Below are positions 12,574 to 26,662 of a DNA stretch of 64,000 bases, one piece after another. Position 1 is the first letter of the stretch. The number at the start of each line of letters is the position of its first letter. Below the pieces are notes generated by a model. The model worked only from the letters and a program-made list of their open reading frames with translations, searched no databases and had not been told where the DNA came from. The position numbers and the translations under genes are program-made. Source of the stretch: the human T2T-CHM13v2.0 reference genome, Homo sapiens; the NCBI RefSeq assembly GCF_009914755.1, contig NC_060928.1. The stretch is one strand, 5' to 3'.

Positions 12574-14914
12574 TAATGTGGCATCCTTAAACTTTCAGGA
12601 ACATACTTCTCATTAATATATGTCTAAAATCTCCCATCCTTCAAAAGCCATTACCAGGACCACCAACTCAGATGCACCTCCAGCCCTGTGCTCCATTGGC
12701 CCAAATGGTTTTCATCACTCATTGAATTCACACGTCCATTTACATCTTTCTTGCAGTATGTTAGTATTTTGCCTTTATAATCAGCAACACAGTAATATCA
12801 CAGTCATGAAGAGACCCCACTGACAGAAAGACCTGAGTTCAAACGCTGATGCTGTCACTTGGGCTAGTGATTTAATATCTCTGTACTTCATCTTCTTAAG
12901 TGACCTTATAGGTCACTGAAAGAATTGAATGAAATAGTACATTTAAGTTGTCTGTCCAGGAGTCTGGGAGTTCATTAAGTTCAACAATTGTTACTGTGAT
13001 CTCTTGTACACCTTTTTATCCCATATTATAGTATAAATCCTTTCAGAAACAATGGAGAGTACAAAATAATTTTTTGAGGGTATTTATTTGCTTTTCCTAA
13101 AGTCAATTTGTTATTATTTGTTAATTTGAATGGAGATTAATTCTTCCAGAACACTACACAATGCCTCTGTCATCTACTTGTTGAATTACTGTTCATTATC
13201 TTAGTATTCATCCCATCAGCCTATCAGTAGAAGAACACAGAAACAAAAGAAAGGAAGCCTTTTCTGGGATGTAAGAGGTTTTTTGTTTGGTTTAGTTTTT
13301 CCTTTTTTAATCTATAAATGCAAAGGAGTGGGCTACAGAATCTCTAAGGTGTCTTTTAATTCTCACATTCTAGAAACCTGTAATATCCATTAATGTCAAA
13401 TAATTTTTCCTCTATTTTGAAGCTACTCCTTTTTAGCTTTGCCAACATTCTCCCTTAAATGCCCTCTTTCTTTCCAAAATGTCATCTAATATGGTTTGTG
13501 TTTTCTAGAGTGCCTTCTCTCTTCACTTTCACCTTCTTTGTGCAATCTTTAAAATAATAGAAACCTTGTTTTAATAATCAAGATCTATTGCTAAAAATTC
13601 TACTAAGTCATATATACACCAGGGAGGGTGGTCTGTTTTCTAGATGGTTTCTGAATACACCCTCATTAAATCACCTGGTAGCCACTTAATGGGGGAACTG
13701 TGGAGGAAACAAGTCATGTGCTAAGTCAAATCTATGAAGCATCTGTCTAGCCAAAAAAAAAAAAAAATTGCTTGAGGAATAAATGACTCAGGTGGACACC
13801 ACCAGTTTTCACCTTGGCACTCTGTTAGTCCCCATGTCCTTTTTGAGCTTACAGATGGTCTTAATTAAAAACAAGTAGTTTTTAATTTACAACACAGGAA
13901 ACATTTAGAATTTGTTGTAGAAGTAGAGTTAGTGGAACCTAGTAACCCCAATCTCACTCCCAGACAACTACCTCCATGACTTTAATTCATTTGTACAGAT
14001 TCCTGATGTATTCATAAGTCTTTTTTATTACAAGTAAAATATACTTCTACTGCACTTTTTTTTTAAAAGTTGAAAGTCACCATATCAAGACTTGACTTTT
14101 CTCCACCCTGTGTCCTTGAGTTGTGTCAAGCTTGTAGTGGGAGCTGACTACAAAAATCAAGGGCCCTGGGTCTGGAATATTAATGGTTGATGGGCTTCAC
14201 CTTTCATATGTCACATTCTCTGTGACATTAGTGTCCCGAGGCTTTGTAAAATGGAATGCTGCTTGTTTTGCACACACTTATCTTCTTGCCATCCAGCTTT
14301 TTCTACAAACGCTCTAATAGCTGCTGTTTCACATTTACATTTCCCCCGCTTCACATCATGTGTTTCAGAAACAGTCAATTCCACTAACAATTTTTCTAAC
14401 AGCCTATTCTGTTCAAAAGTATTTAGCCCCATTTTTTAAAGGCAAATACTAACCTTGGAATAATGAATGTCCTTAGACTCACCTGCACTTCACTTCACTC
14501 TTTGCAATAAACACACATACCAACACTCAATTTGTCAAAGTTTTTCAAGAGGTGAGGGGATGAGGTTGAAGGTCAAATTATGAATGGTTGTTTTATGGTC
14601 TGGGAGACTGGCCAACAGTAGTGTTCTTAAGATGGAGCTTGAACTGGACAAAACTTATGGTATAATCCCAGGAGACCATAAGTCACATACTATTCCGGAT
14701 GATTCTTCCCTGTTCCTTAAAACTCACATTCTATGTAAAAGGTGGCTTGATATTGACATTATTTGCATTTAGACACCAACACTTTTATAAAAATAGATAG
14801 AAGTGACTGGCTTTTTATTTCACCAAAGTTTTTTTAATTCTTTTATTTCCAGAGTTTGGGAAGTTCCTTATGCATAATAATTGTTCATTATGAACTTAGC
14901 AAATATATTTCTTT

Positions 14915-15185
14915 TATCTTTTATTGTATATATTTAAGGTATACAACATGATGTTTTGATATACATAAGTGATTACCACAGTCAAGTCACTTAAGACATC
15001 CATCATCTCACATAGGTATCTTGTGTGTGTATATGTATTAAGAACACCTAAAATCTACTCTTTTAGCAATTTCTAGTATAAATACAATGTTAGTAACTAA
15101 GGTTTTCATGCTGGACATTATATCTCCAGACTTCGTCATCCTACATATCTGCAACTTTATACCCTCTGACCAACATCTCCCTTGT
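14915..15185 (-). mobile_element. L1MA-type LINE-1 3' end fragment
   Basis: TTTATTGTATATATTTAAGGTATACAACATGATGTTTTGATATAC ... ACCCTCTGACCAACATCTCCC. Confidence 0.8.
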
Positions 15186-15559
15186 ATTTCTTTTATAAAA
15201 TTTTTGAAAAGCTTTTTCTAGGTAGATTTCAGTGTTTCTAAAAACTTTCGTTTCTTAATATTAAACTATTTGAATCTTCAACTAATAGTTCTATTCATAA
15301 ACTAAATACAATTTTACAATGTGGGATGGGAGAGCAAATAGGAGTTAAAAAGAGTATAACCTTCAAGTTGAGTCTTCCTCTCTGTTCGACTCCATGCATC
15401 TTCATGCTATCAGTATACACAGAAGAAATGGTTCTGTAAACTTGGAAGGAAAAGGTGTATGAACCAACTCTGCTTGTGAGATGAGAGGGGCCTTTGGAAC
15501 AGCTGTAATTAAGCTAAGAGCTCTGTAGGACCAGATAGTTACTCTTTATCCTAAAAAAA

Positions 15560-16012
15560 ATTTTTTTTTTAAATCCATACCTAAGTTGGAGGGTTCAAAT
15601 TTAACTCAACTAGAGAAGAGCCACAAAGATAATTAAAGGGTTGGTAGGTAGTATCTATTAGGAAAGAATAAAGAAACTAGGATTATTCCACCTGGTGAAG
15701 GGAAGACTGATGAGTGATTTAAAAACATTCTTAACATGTTTGATCAGTTATTCCAGTGACCAGCTGTTCTCTATCTACAATGAGGACAGAACCAAAAGAA
15801 ATAGCCTTAAATTCCAATATGAATAATGTAGATTAGATCTAAGAAAGATTTCTCTGAGAGTGAGATTTTTAATATTGGAATGAAATAGCCACTTTGAAGT
15901 CTTTAAATCTGACATAGATTACCATCTTCCTATAGAAGAGAGTTGTGGTGCTAATGGAAGGTCAGAGGATAAATTCTTTCATTGTCCCTTCTATACCTAT
16001 AAAATCTATGTT
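15560..16012 (+). mobile_element. L3/CR1 LINE 3' remnant
   Basis: GAAACTAGGATTATTCCACCTGGTGAAGGGAAGACTG, GAGGACAGAACCAAAAGAAATAGCCTTAAATT, terminal GTCCCTTCTA...TCTATG. Confidence 0.7.
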
Positions 16013-18869
16013 TTTTGAGTGAGTTTCTCTTGCATCTGTTGAGCATGTAGAATTACTTGTCTCAGAAAGTACTGAAGGCAGTGAAGTTAACCATTAAAGA
16101 TTAAAACAGTCTAGTAGATAAAGGTTCTTTTCTACATAGAGGATTCTCAGACCTACACAAAGCAGCTCTAGACTACAGTAAACCCCTACTTTTGTTGATC
16201 TCACAGTCATACACAAACACTGTCCTCTTTATCTATCCCGGAAGAAGTAAAGAGAAATAGAAAGAAAGAAAAAAAAAAAAGCATGGTTTTTTTCATCATG
16301 AAAAACAGCTGAAAAACAGGCATTGAATTCCCTAAGTCGAGGTAAACCGAATTCCCTAAGTCATGCACAATAGAAAAACAGTGTCTACACTGTGAATTAT
16401 CTTTTTCCACTTTCCAATATTTTAGTATCCATTGACATACTAAAAAAAGCAGGATGATAATATCCTTAAATTCACAGACTATATCAAAAAAAGTGTCACT
16501 TTGTAGGCCTTCCTATGATTATGCTTCATTTAAAAGTACTCACAAGATCCCACTCTTCCCCTTCTATTACAGTAATTTGCAACAATTTTAAGCAACTTTG
16601 CAAAGTGAATAAAAAGGAGTTGAAGCATCTGCAATTCAAGGCATTTAAGTTTTAATTCACAAACTGCAGCCCTGAGAATAATTATGAGGGCCTAGTTATT
16701 TTCTGCTATGCTGCACATGAAAGGCAACCGATCACTTTTTAAAAAAATACCCAAGATGCAGTATTTTTAGAATTGTTATCATTCTTCACTTGAGTGATTC
16801 AATAACAGCAGAACTTGCACTGCAGTCCCCAAAAGAGCTTACATAACTAAACATATACAATCACAGAGGTTTAAAATTAAGTGTCTGGGTAGTGCGTTGC
16901 CTCACAGAATATTTGATGAAGGGCATGAAGCAAATCTTTTAAAATTTGCTTCCCAGAAACTCTTAATACTATGATAATATAGTGCCCAATAAATATGTGG
17001 ATCTCTAGAAAAATATTTTGTGTCTTGATACCTTTATATTTATATTTTTATAATCTCTATTCAAATAGCCATAAACTAAAAGTCACTTAATACACTGGAT
17101 AACTTTAAAAATCTGATTTTTAAAAGTAAACCTCCAACTTTCTCAATATGGCACTATAATTGACACAGTTAAGACAAAATTTAAGAGTTCAGCTTCTGTC
17201 ATAACTTAGGAAGGGTTTAAGTGACCATATTATATACTTTATTATCTAGACCTAGATACCTTGAGAGTAAAGGAGGCCCTATTGATAATTATACCAGAAT
17301 AATAAGCAAAAAACCCCAGAACTTTCCTAGGCAAACCTAGAAAATATGAACATCCTTATCATAGACCAATATGGTCCAGTTTGTTATAGCCAAATATAGG
17401 AATCTGCAAGGTCTCCAGGAACTTGGTCCTCTGGGTTGGGACTGGTATACAGGAGGTAATTAACTGGTATGAAGGTGCAGAAAGGAAGTTTATTTTGGAA
17501 GTCAAAGCATCTATCAAAAGGCCACTCCGGAGAAGTCGGCAATGGTGGAAGCCAAACTTGAAATAACAAAGGTATCCTATCATATGTGTGGAGCATGGTG
17601 ATGACAGAATAAAATGCAGGAACATTTCAGAGTACCAGACAAGCAGGGAAAGAATCAGTAAGCCCTTAGAATTAAAGGGCTGAATCTAATCATCCAATCA
17701 CCTATAACCATTATATGAATACCTGCTATGAACCAAAGTCTACCTTAAGCTTGGGTTCATGAGTACAGCGGCAGCTACCAACACAGGGTATCAGCTAAAA
17801 ACAAACAGATGATTGTTTACAAAAACTACAGCACAACGTAAGGATTAAATCTGAAAGAAAAAGACAGAAGTCCTATGTCAAGAATCATGGAACAGGAATA
17901 GGACAGAGCTTCAGTTAATACAACTATACCCCAAAGGTAGCAGCAAAAAAACAACTCAATGATTAAAGACAGGCAAGTTCACACCACATGATAGGGATTT
18001 GTCCCAGGGATCAGGATCAGGGTTAGGCCGGCTGATGGAAGACCAGGGGCCCTTGCCCATGGGTAGGAGAGATATGCAGAGGCCAGGCCTGAAAACTAGT
18101 TTTTCAGTAGAGGAACCTCTAGTTGCTTTTTTGTTAAAAAGCAAAAAAAAAAAAAAAAAAAATTTAAAAAACATAAACAATACACAAAATGAAAACATTA
18201 ACAGCAATAAGGGTACCTAAAGTAGGAAAAAAGACTTAAGCATGAAAATAGATACTATCATAGCAGATACTTCAAATTCCTAAGGCTGCTCAGATACAAG
18301 AGTTTAAAACAATGACGATTATAATGATTAATATTCAAATTGTCCTCAAGGTATTACATGTAAGTGCCAATATCTTAATATAAAATTAAGCAGAGATATA
18401 AAATGCAAATGACAAATCTATACAGTAAGCTGGTAGAGCTAGAAAACTACTAGTTCTAGCAGTAAACAAATAAAGTAAAAGTAAGCTCTAGAGACTACAT
18501 CATTTTCATCTATATCAATGAAATTCTGACCTTGGATAGTCAAACAGGGTAAAGACAGTAAATGGTATTCTAATTGATGAGTGAGTACTCCACCAATTCT
18601 CAAGGAATTCTTGTTTTCTCAAAAGTGATTTGATATTTTACTGTATCAACTTTCCTATCAAGTTTATGATAATTAGTACATCTATATCTTTATCTATAAA
18701 TTTAAAAAAATCTGAATAGGCATTCAACAAATCTTAAAATTTTATAAATATTTTAGAATTAAATTGTATTCCAATTTAATTATTCTAAAAAATTGACTCT
18801 ACTATGATCATTTTTTTCCTGTATATGATTCTATTCTCTTTTTCTTACCTATTCTGTGTTAAACTTCTT

Positions 18870-20165
<1,296 letters not shown>

Positions 20166-21209
20166 GTATTGTCCCACAGTCAAGATAATATATGAGAATA
20201 TTTTACCTTCTACGCATGCCTATATAATGTATTGCTATATAATGTAAATATATATGTATATTTACATATATATAAATGTATTGCTACGATTATAACTACT
20301 ATTATTCTCTAGTCCTTAGCCAGGGTAATTTGAAACCTTTTATTCTTCACCTAGCTTATTCAGAATTATGAGTATTCAATAGAATTAATATTTCCTTTTT
20401 TAGACTCTCAAACTTTTCATCAATAAATATGCATATATTCAACTATGGTAAAGATTTATTTTACTAACAAGTGTGTCCAGAATATATCTTGATCCTAGAA
20501 GGAGGCTGAAATCTTCACTGGTTATCAGGGCAATTGTGTTGATGAAGTCCCCTGTTCCAGCCACCCATTCAACTGGCAGCAGTGAAGACAAGGAATCCAG
20601 AGCGACATTGTACTCAGCTCCATACTCTGCTTGCCTCCGCTGACACAGCATTTCAGAAGTATCCCACACAAAAAGAATCAGCATCTTCCTATTTTCATAA
20701 ATGGCATGAAAATAAGCATCCATCTATCTCCACCCATGCCATGCAGTAAAGCCAAGCCAAAGCACTAGTACTTCGCAGCTGCCAGACTACTCCTCCTCTC
20801 ATGCCCTGCAGGGGATCAAGTTTGTCAGACATCAGTCCAGCTCTCCGGTGAACAGCTGATTAATGAGGGGTGGGTGAAATAGCCACCAAGCAGCTGCACC
20901 ATTTTTCAGGGACAAAGCATGATGGTTAATGTTGATGGAAAGATGAATGTAAGGAAACTGCAGTTAAAGTCCTTGATAAGAAGAAGCACTACTCAAGCCA
21001 GCTCCTGGCCAAAAATTTTCTGATTGCTTTTCTGACATCCCTCATATAAGGGAGACAGTCAGCTAGTGGCATACAATTAACTCCATGGTTCATGGACTTA
21101 TTCAGCATATACTTAATGTAAATCCACTAGGTGCCAGACATTGTAATAAGGACTAGATATTTTATCAACTTAACTAACTTACATACATGGTAGACACTGT
21201 CCAGGAATG

Positions 21210-21520
21210 TCTTCTTTTGTTCAAATCTAGCCTCGCCTTTAAAAGTCCAGCTCAAATACCAGCTCCTCTAGGAAGGTTTCTCTGAGGCTCCATAGGCAAA
21301 AGTAATGACTCTTCTCTAAATTCTTACAGCACTCTATTGGGACCTCTGTTATAGAACATGATGAACATCCCACATTGTAATTCCTTATATGCGTCATCTC
21401 CTAATAGACTATAAGTAACTTGAAGCCAAGATTCATGTGATCTTCATACCTCATGTCTTTAATATATTCATATTACCCAGAACATAATGTAGTTCTTTGC
21501 ATAATTAATGTATTAATGAA
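21210..21520 (+). mobile_element. L2 3' end remnant
   Basis: CAGCTCAAATACCAGCTCCTCTAGGAAGGTTTCTCTGA ... AGACTATAAG. Confidence 0.6.
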
Positions 21521-23559
21521 CTACCTGCTGTCCACCTTAGCCCAACACAGTTAGATGCTTGGGGTGGGTGGGGAGGGAATCGTCTTATTCACTACAGCCA
21601 AAATCTATTTTGAAATTTAAATGGAGAGACAAAATAAACAACAACAATGTTTTTATGTGTCAGTATAATACAGTAAATAATCATAATTCCACGTCAATAA
21701 GACCGAACATAGCACACTTTGATTAAGATAGGTTTTAAATCTTTGCATCTATTAAAGAAAGGATTTACTAAAAAGAAAAAGTTACTAAATATTCATGACC
21801 TACTTAAGCTTTCTAGATGAACTGTTTTTAGGTATTTATAAAACATCAATTATACTAAAATCTTACATATTCATTGAAACAGGCCAAATAACATTCCTAC
21901 TTTCCTCTATCAACAAAAGGTTGTGTTAGCAAGGAAATTGGGTAACTACTTACTTGAGATAATTCTAAAGTTATACTTACTTATAAATAATCTATATTAT
22001 TATACTTTGCAAATTCACCCCCATTTGCTTCAAATGCTCTAATTTAATGAGAGAAATCTTAACATGTGGAGGATACTGAAGCACTTAAGGGCTACACTGA
22101 CTAAGTAAATGAAAGATAGGAATCAAAACCCACTTTTTTTGTAGAGGAGATGGGCAACCAGTAGTACTGGCGGTATGTTATGTAGAAAGAGTAATAGCTT
22201 AAGAGTTTGAAGACCTAGATTCTAGGCCCCATGCTGGTATGATGAGCTCTTTGTCCTGGGGTAACAAATTTAAACTTTCCAGGTCTGTTCACTTTTCTAA
22301 AAATGTCAGCTTGATAGATTTGCTATAAAATAAGATAACAATAGTCTCATTATGAATTGTCTCCAAGATATATTATAGAGAATTAGTATCATCCAAACAA
22401 CATAAAGGCTTTAAGGCACAAATATCTGGGGGGGGAGGTAAACTTACTAACCATATGTATTAGAGTTTTCCAGAGAAATTGAACAAGTAGGAGATACACA
22501 CACACACACACACACACACACATATGGGGAGAGAGAGAGAAGGTAAAGAATTAGTTTACATGATTATGGAGGATGAGAAGTTCAAGTCCCAAGATCTACA
22601 ACTGGCAAGCTGGAGAACCAAAAGGGCCAATGGTATAGTTTCGGTTCAAGTCTTAAGAACTGAGAACGAAGAGAGCCAATGGTGTGAGTTCCAGTCCAAG
22701 TCTGATCCTGAAGGTAGAAGTCTGTGCCCTAGCTTTATGACAGAGAAAGCAAATTCTCCCTTATTCTACCTTTTTGTTCTATTCAGGCCTTTCAGTGGCT
22801 TGGAAGAGGTTTTCCCATATTGGGGTGGGCAATCTACTTTACTGAATATACCAATTTAAATGTTAATCACATCCAGAAGCAGCTTCACAAACACACCCAG
22901 AATAATATTTAACCAAGTATCTGGGCACTCTGTAGATCAGTCAGGTTGACACAACACTAACCATCACAAGTTCACCCTTGTTAACCCATATACTTCCTCT
23001 TAAACCATACTTAATCTCCAATTAAAGACAATAACAAGGTTATAACTCTGCCTAACATGATACAACCATTCTGCATACAACCAAAAACACATTAATCCTT
23101 TCTGCAGAAGAGGATGTAAAGTCCTTGAGTTATGTTTATATCTTTTTCTTGATATCCCATAATTTAAATACTATGACGTAAAATTAATACTACTTAATAC
23201 TATGATACGAAAGTGATACATCTTATGTTACATAATAAGGGAATAAGGGAAGAAAACAGATTTTTGCTTAATATATTTACACACACACATACACACACAA
23301 ACATATTCATAACAAAATAAAGAGGAAATAGGATAACTATAATTCTTGTTTTTGTAGCTGGTCATGTGGTCATAGATGGTATTGATAACTACCTTCTTCC
23401 ACCACTCATTCTGTATTCCCTTTGCCTCCAGCAATCACATTAGCTGACTATGTTTCTTTACCTGGTAGAGTGACTTAAACCTTCATTCCTGAAGGATCTA
23501 GGCTGTTAGCAGTCCTGTCTGGATTGGGTTATTATAGTTTTCCATTGACATTAATCACA

Positions 23560-23870
23560 GGGCATGGTAGACTAAGAGACACGCTAGGAGATCCCCTATA
23601 TGCCATACACACTCCTCCTTACCTTCGTGGTAGAATAGCAGTCCAATTTCCCCTTGCTAGTCAGGGTCAGTCACCACTGCCAGCACAGTAACTCCCTTCT
23701 TTGCCTGTTGATTCAGAGGCATGAGGAATCTAAAGTGGCCAGGGAGCAATCCTAACTTTCATTTCAATGGAATCATTGTTGTGTCTCCCGATAGAAGCAT
23801 TCTTCCTTTGGGAACTGAGACCTCTAGACCAGCAGAGCATAAGGTCATGGGAACAGGAAGCAAAAATTTT
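23560..23870 (-). pseudogene. ERVL dUTPase remnant (stops)
   Basis: Minus-strand translation KFLLPVPMTLCSAGLEVSVPKGRMLLSGDTTMIPLK*KLGLLPGHF...GVTVLAVVTDPD*QGEIG; matches dUTPase motif III (G.ID.DY.GEI). Confidence 0.8.
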
Positions 23871-24481
23871 GCTAGTTGGTCACTAAGGGTAATAGTGAGT
23901 GATGCCAATCCCATTTTTACCTTTGATTCCTAGACCCATAAATTCTGGCTATGAAAGAAATAGCACCATATATTTAACACTGATTCAGAGGATATACAGT
24001 CTTTTAGGGAACCTTGCCTCAGCCTTGCAAGGTATTGCCACTGAAGTGGCACTGTAACTGAGGCTTCAAAAGGCCTCTCCACCACCTTTCAAGCCAGCAG
24101 CTTCAGAATGTTGGGGAACGTTGCAAGGCCAATGAAATCCATGAGCATGGGAATTTGCCCAACTTCTTTTGCTATAAAGTGAGTTCTGATCAGAAGCAAT
24201 GCTGTGTGTATGCTGCTAGGGCAGATAAGACATTCTATAAGTCCATGGATGGTAGTTTAGCAAAAACATCACATATAGGGAAGGCAAATCCATATCTACA
24301 GTGTCTATTCCAGTAAGAACAAAATGCTGCCCCTTCTATGATGGAAGAGGTCCAATGAAATCAACCTGCCACCAGGTAGCTGGCTGATCACCCTGGCGAA
24401 TGGCGCCATATCAGGGACTAAGTGCTGGTCTCTGCTGCTGTCAGATTGGGCACTCAGCAGTGGCTGTAGCCAGATCATCCT

Positions 24482-24960
24482 TTATGAGTGGAAGTCCACA
24501 TTGCTGAGCCCATGTATAACCTCCATCCCTGCCACAGTGGCTACTTTATGAGCCAACTGGGTGAGAATAGGTGTGGCTGGGGCAAGTGGCTCACTGGTAT
24601 CCGCAAAAAATGTCACCCTACCTACTTGATTATTAAAATCCTCTTCTGCTGAGGTCACCCTTTGGTGAGCATTCACATAAAGCACAAACATCTTCATGTT
24701 TTTTGCCCATTCAGGTGGGTCTATCCATATACCTCTTCTCCAAATTTCCTTGTCACCAACGTTCCAATCAGTTCCTTCCAAGTCCCTGACTGTCCAGAAA
24801 AATCACTGGATACAACCCATGAATCAGTACATAATCGCATGTCTGGTCATCTCTCCTTCCAAGCAAAGTTTACAACCAGGTGCACAGCTTGAACTCTGCC
24901 CACTAGGCGAGTTTCCCTTTACCACTGACCTTCAGGGGTATCCCAGAAAAGGACTATAGT
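24482..24960 (-). pseudogene. ERVL pol RNase H / integrase-junction remnant
   Basis: ORF 24482..24781 WNVGDKEIWRRGIWID...YVNAHQRVTSAEEDFNNQV resembles the ERVL RNase H C-terminal half. Confidence 0.8.
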
Positions 24961-25931
24961 GTTACTGCTGCCCACTTTCACATGGTGCCTGTGGAAACAT
25001 CTGTAAAGCTGGCTCAGGTCTTTCCTCCTCTCTCAACTGATCATAGCAAACTTTCTGTGAGGCCATAGGCACAGACTGGGAGAAAGAAGTCAAGGCAGCA
25101 GGAGTTGGGATCATAAGCTTTGGGGCTGCTTCTTCGTGTAACTTACTTGTGTCTTCTCTTTCCTACTGGAAATTGAGTCATTTAGCTCTTTAAATCTAAT
25201 CAAATGAGAAAGCCAATTCCAGAAACCCCATAACCAATTCAGAAAACTCAAACTAAAGATTCTGTTCCTCTAGAACCACTCTTGGTACCAAAATCTGTAT
25301 TACGCAGGATTCTTCTGAGAAACAGAGCCAATATGATGATGTAAGGAGATTTATGATAAGGAATTTGTGCACATGATTATGGAGGCTGAAATGTTCCAAG
25401 ATCTTCAGCCAGCAAGGTAGAGACCCAGGAGAGTTGGAAGTATAATTCCAACCTGAGTCCTAAGGCCTGAGAACCAGGAAAGCCAAAGGTATAAGCTGCA
25501 GTCCAAGTCTGAGTTGAAAGGCAGGAGAAGACCTATGCCCTAGCTTGAAGACAGGCAGGGAGAGCAAATTTTCCCTTACCCTGCCTTTTTGTTCTATTCA
25601 GGCCCACCCACATCGGGGAAGGCCACCTGCTTTACTCAGTCTATGGAATTAACTGTTTATCTCATCCAGAAACACTGTAATAGACACATCCAGAAAAACG
25701 TTTAACCAAATATTTGGGTACCATATAGCCCAGCCAAGTTGACACACAAAATTAACTATCATACCATAGTTCAAAAATTCATAAACATTTACTTTAATCT
25801 AACTTTTACTCAAAAAATCTAGGTGTTTTTTCCACCTGGAATCACTCTAAAATCCACTTTTTGACCAACACCAAATAATAGCAACGTTAGAAAAATAAAA
25901 TATTTCTGTTTACAGGATTTTTAAACATTTA

Positions 25932-26231
25932 GGCCGGGCGCAGTGGCTCACACCTGTAATCCCAGCACTTTGGGAGGCCAAGGCGGGCGGATCACGAGGT
26001 CAGGAGATTGAGACCATCCTGGCTAACACGGTGAAACCCTGTCTCTACTAAAAATACAAAAAATTATCCCGGTGCGGTGGCGGGTGCCTGTAGTCCCAGC
26101 TACTCAGGAGGCTGAGGCAGGAGAATGGCGCGAACCCAGGAGGCAGAGCTTGCAGTGAGCCGAGATCGCACCACTGCACTCCAGCCTGGGCGACAGTGCG
26201 AGACTCCGTCTCAAGAAAAAAAAAAAAAAAA
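25932..26231 (+). mobile_element. AluY
   Basis: GGATCACGAGGTCAGGAGAT, CCTGGCTAACACGG, GAATGGCG, GAGCTTGCAG diagnostics; many CpGs retained. Confidence 0.95.
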
Positions 26232-26592
26232 GAATTGTTTAAAGAACAAAGGAAGCAAAAACCCTGATGAATCCCACCAACAAGTTGTGGTATAGATAAT
26301 TTTATGTCACCACAGCCAGAAAAGACTATGTATTGTATTTCTTAATCACTAACATAATTAAATGTGCCTTTTGCCTCAGTACTCAATTTGATTCTCAAAG
26401 CAATCCTATGAGGAAGGTAGAGTAACCTTATTACTATTATTATTGTTTATTTCATTTGCCAAAGACATTGAGGCTGAAGGGGGTTTAAATCACTTACCCC
26501 AGGTCACAAGGCTGGGAACGCTATTGAGCAGTTTCCTGTGGCCTGCGTTCACATAACAGCAACAACAGGGTGCTATGTACATGTAGGCATAT

Positions 26593-26595
<3 letters not shown>

Positions 26596-26642
<47 letters not shown>

Positions 26643-26662
26643 ATATACATATACATATATAT
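26596..26662. repeat. (TA)n-rich microsatellite
   Basis: Direct reading. Confidence 0.95.

Larger units (their letters stand above)
22456..25763 (-). mobile_element. Internally deleted ERVL provirus: 3' LTR 22456-22968, internal 22969-25296, 5' LTR 25297-25763 (MLT2C/D-like)
   Basis: Two related MLT2 LTRs; 5-bp TSD CCATA at 22451-22455 and 25764-25768; PBS-like TGGTACCAAGAGTGG on minus strand next to the 5' LTR; pol remnants. Confidence 0.92.
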
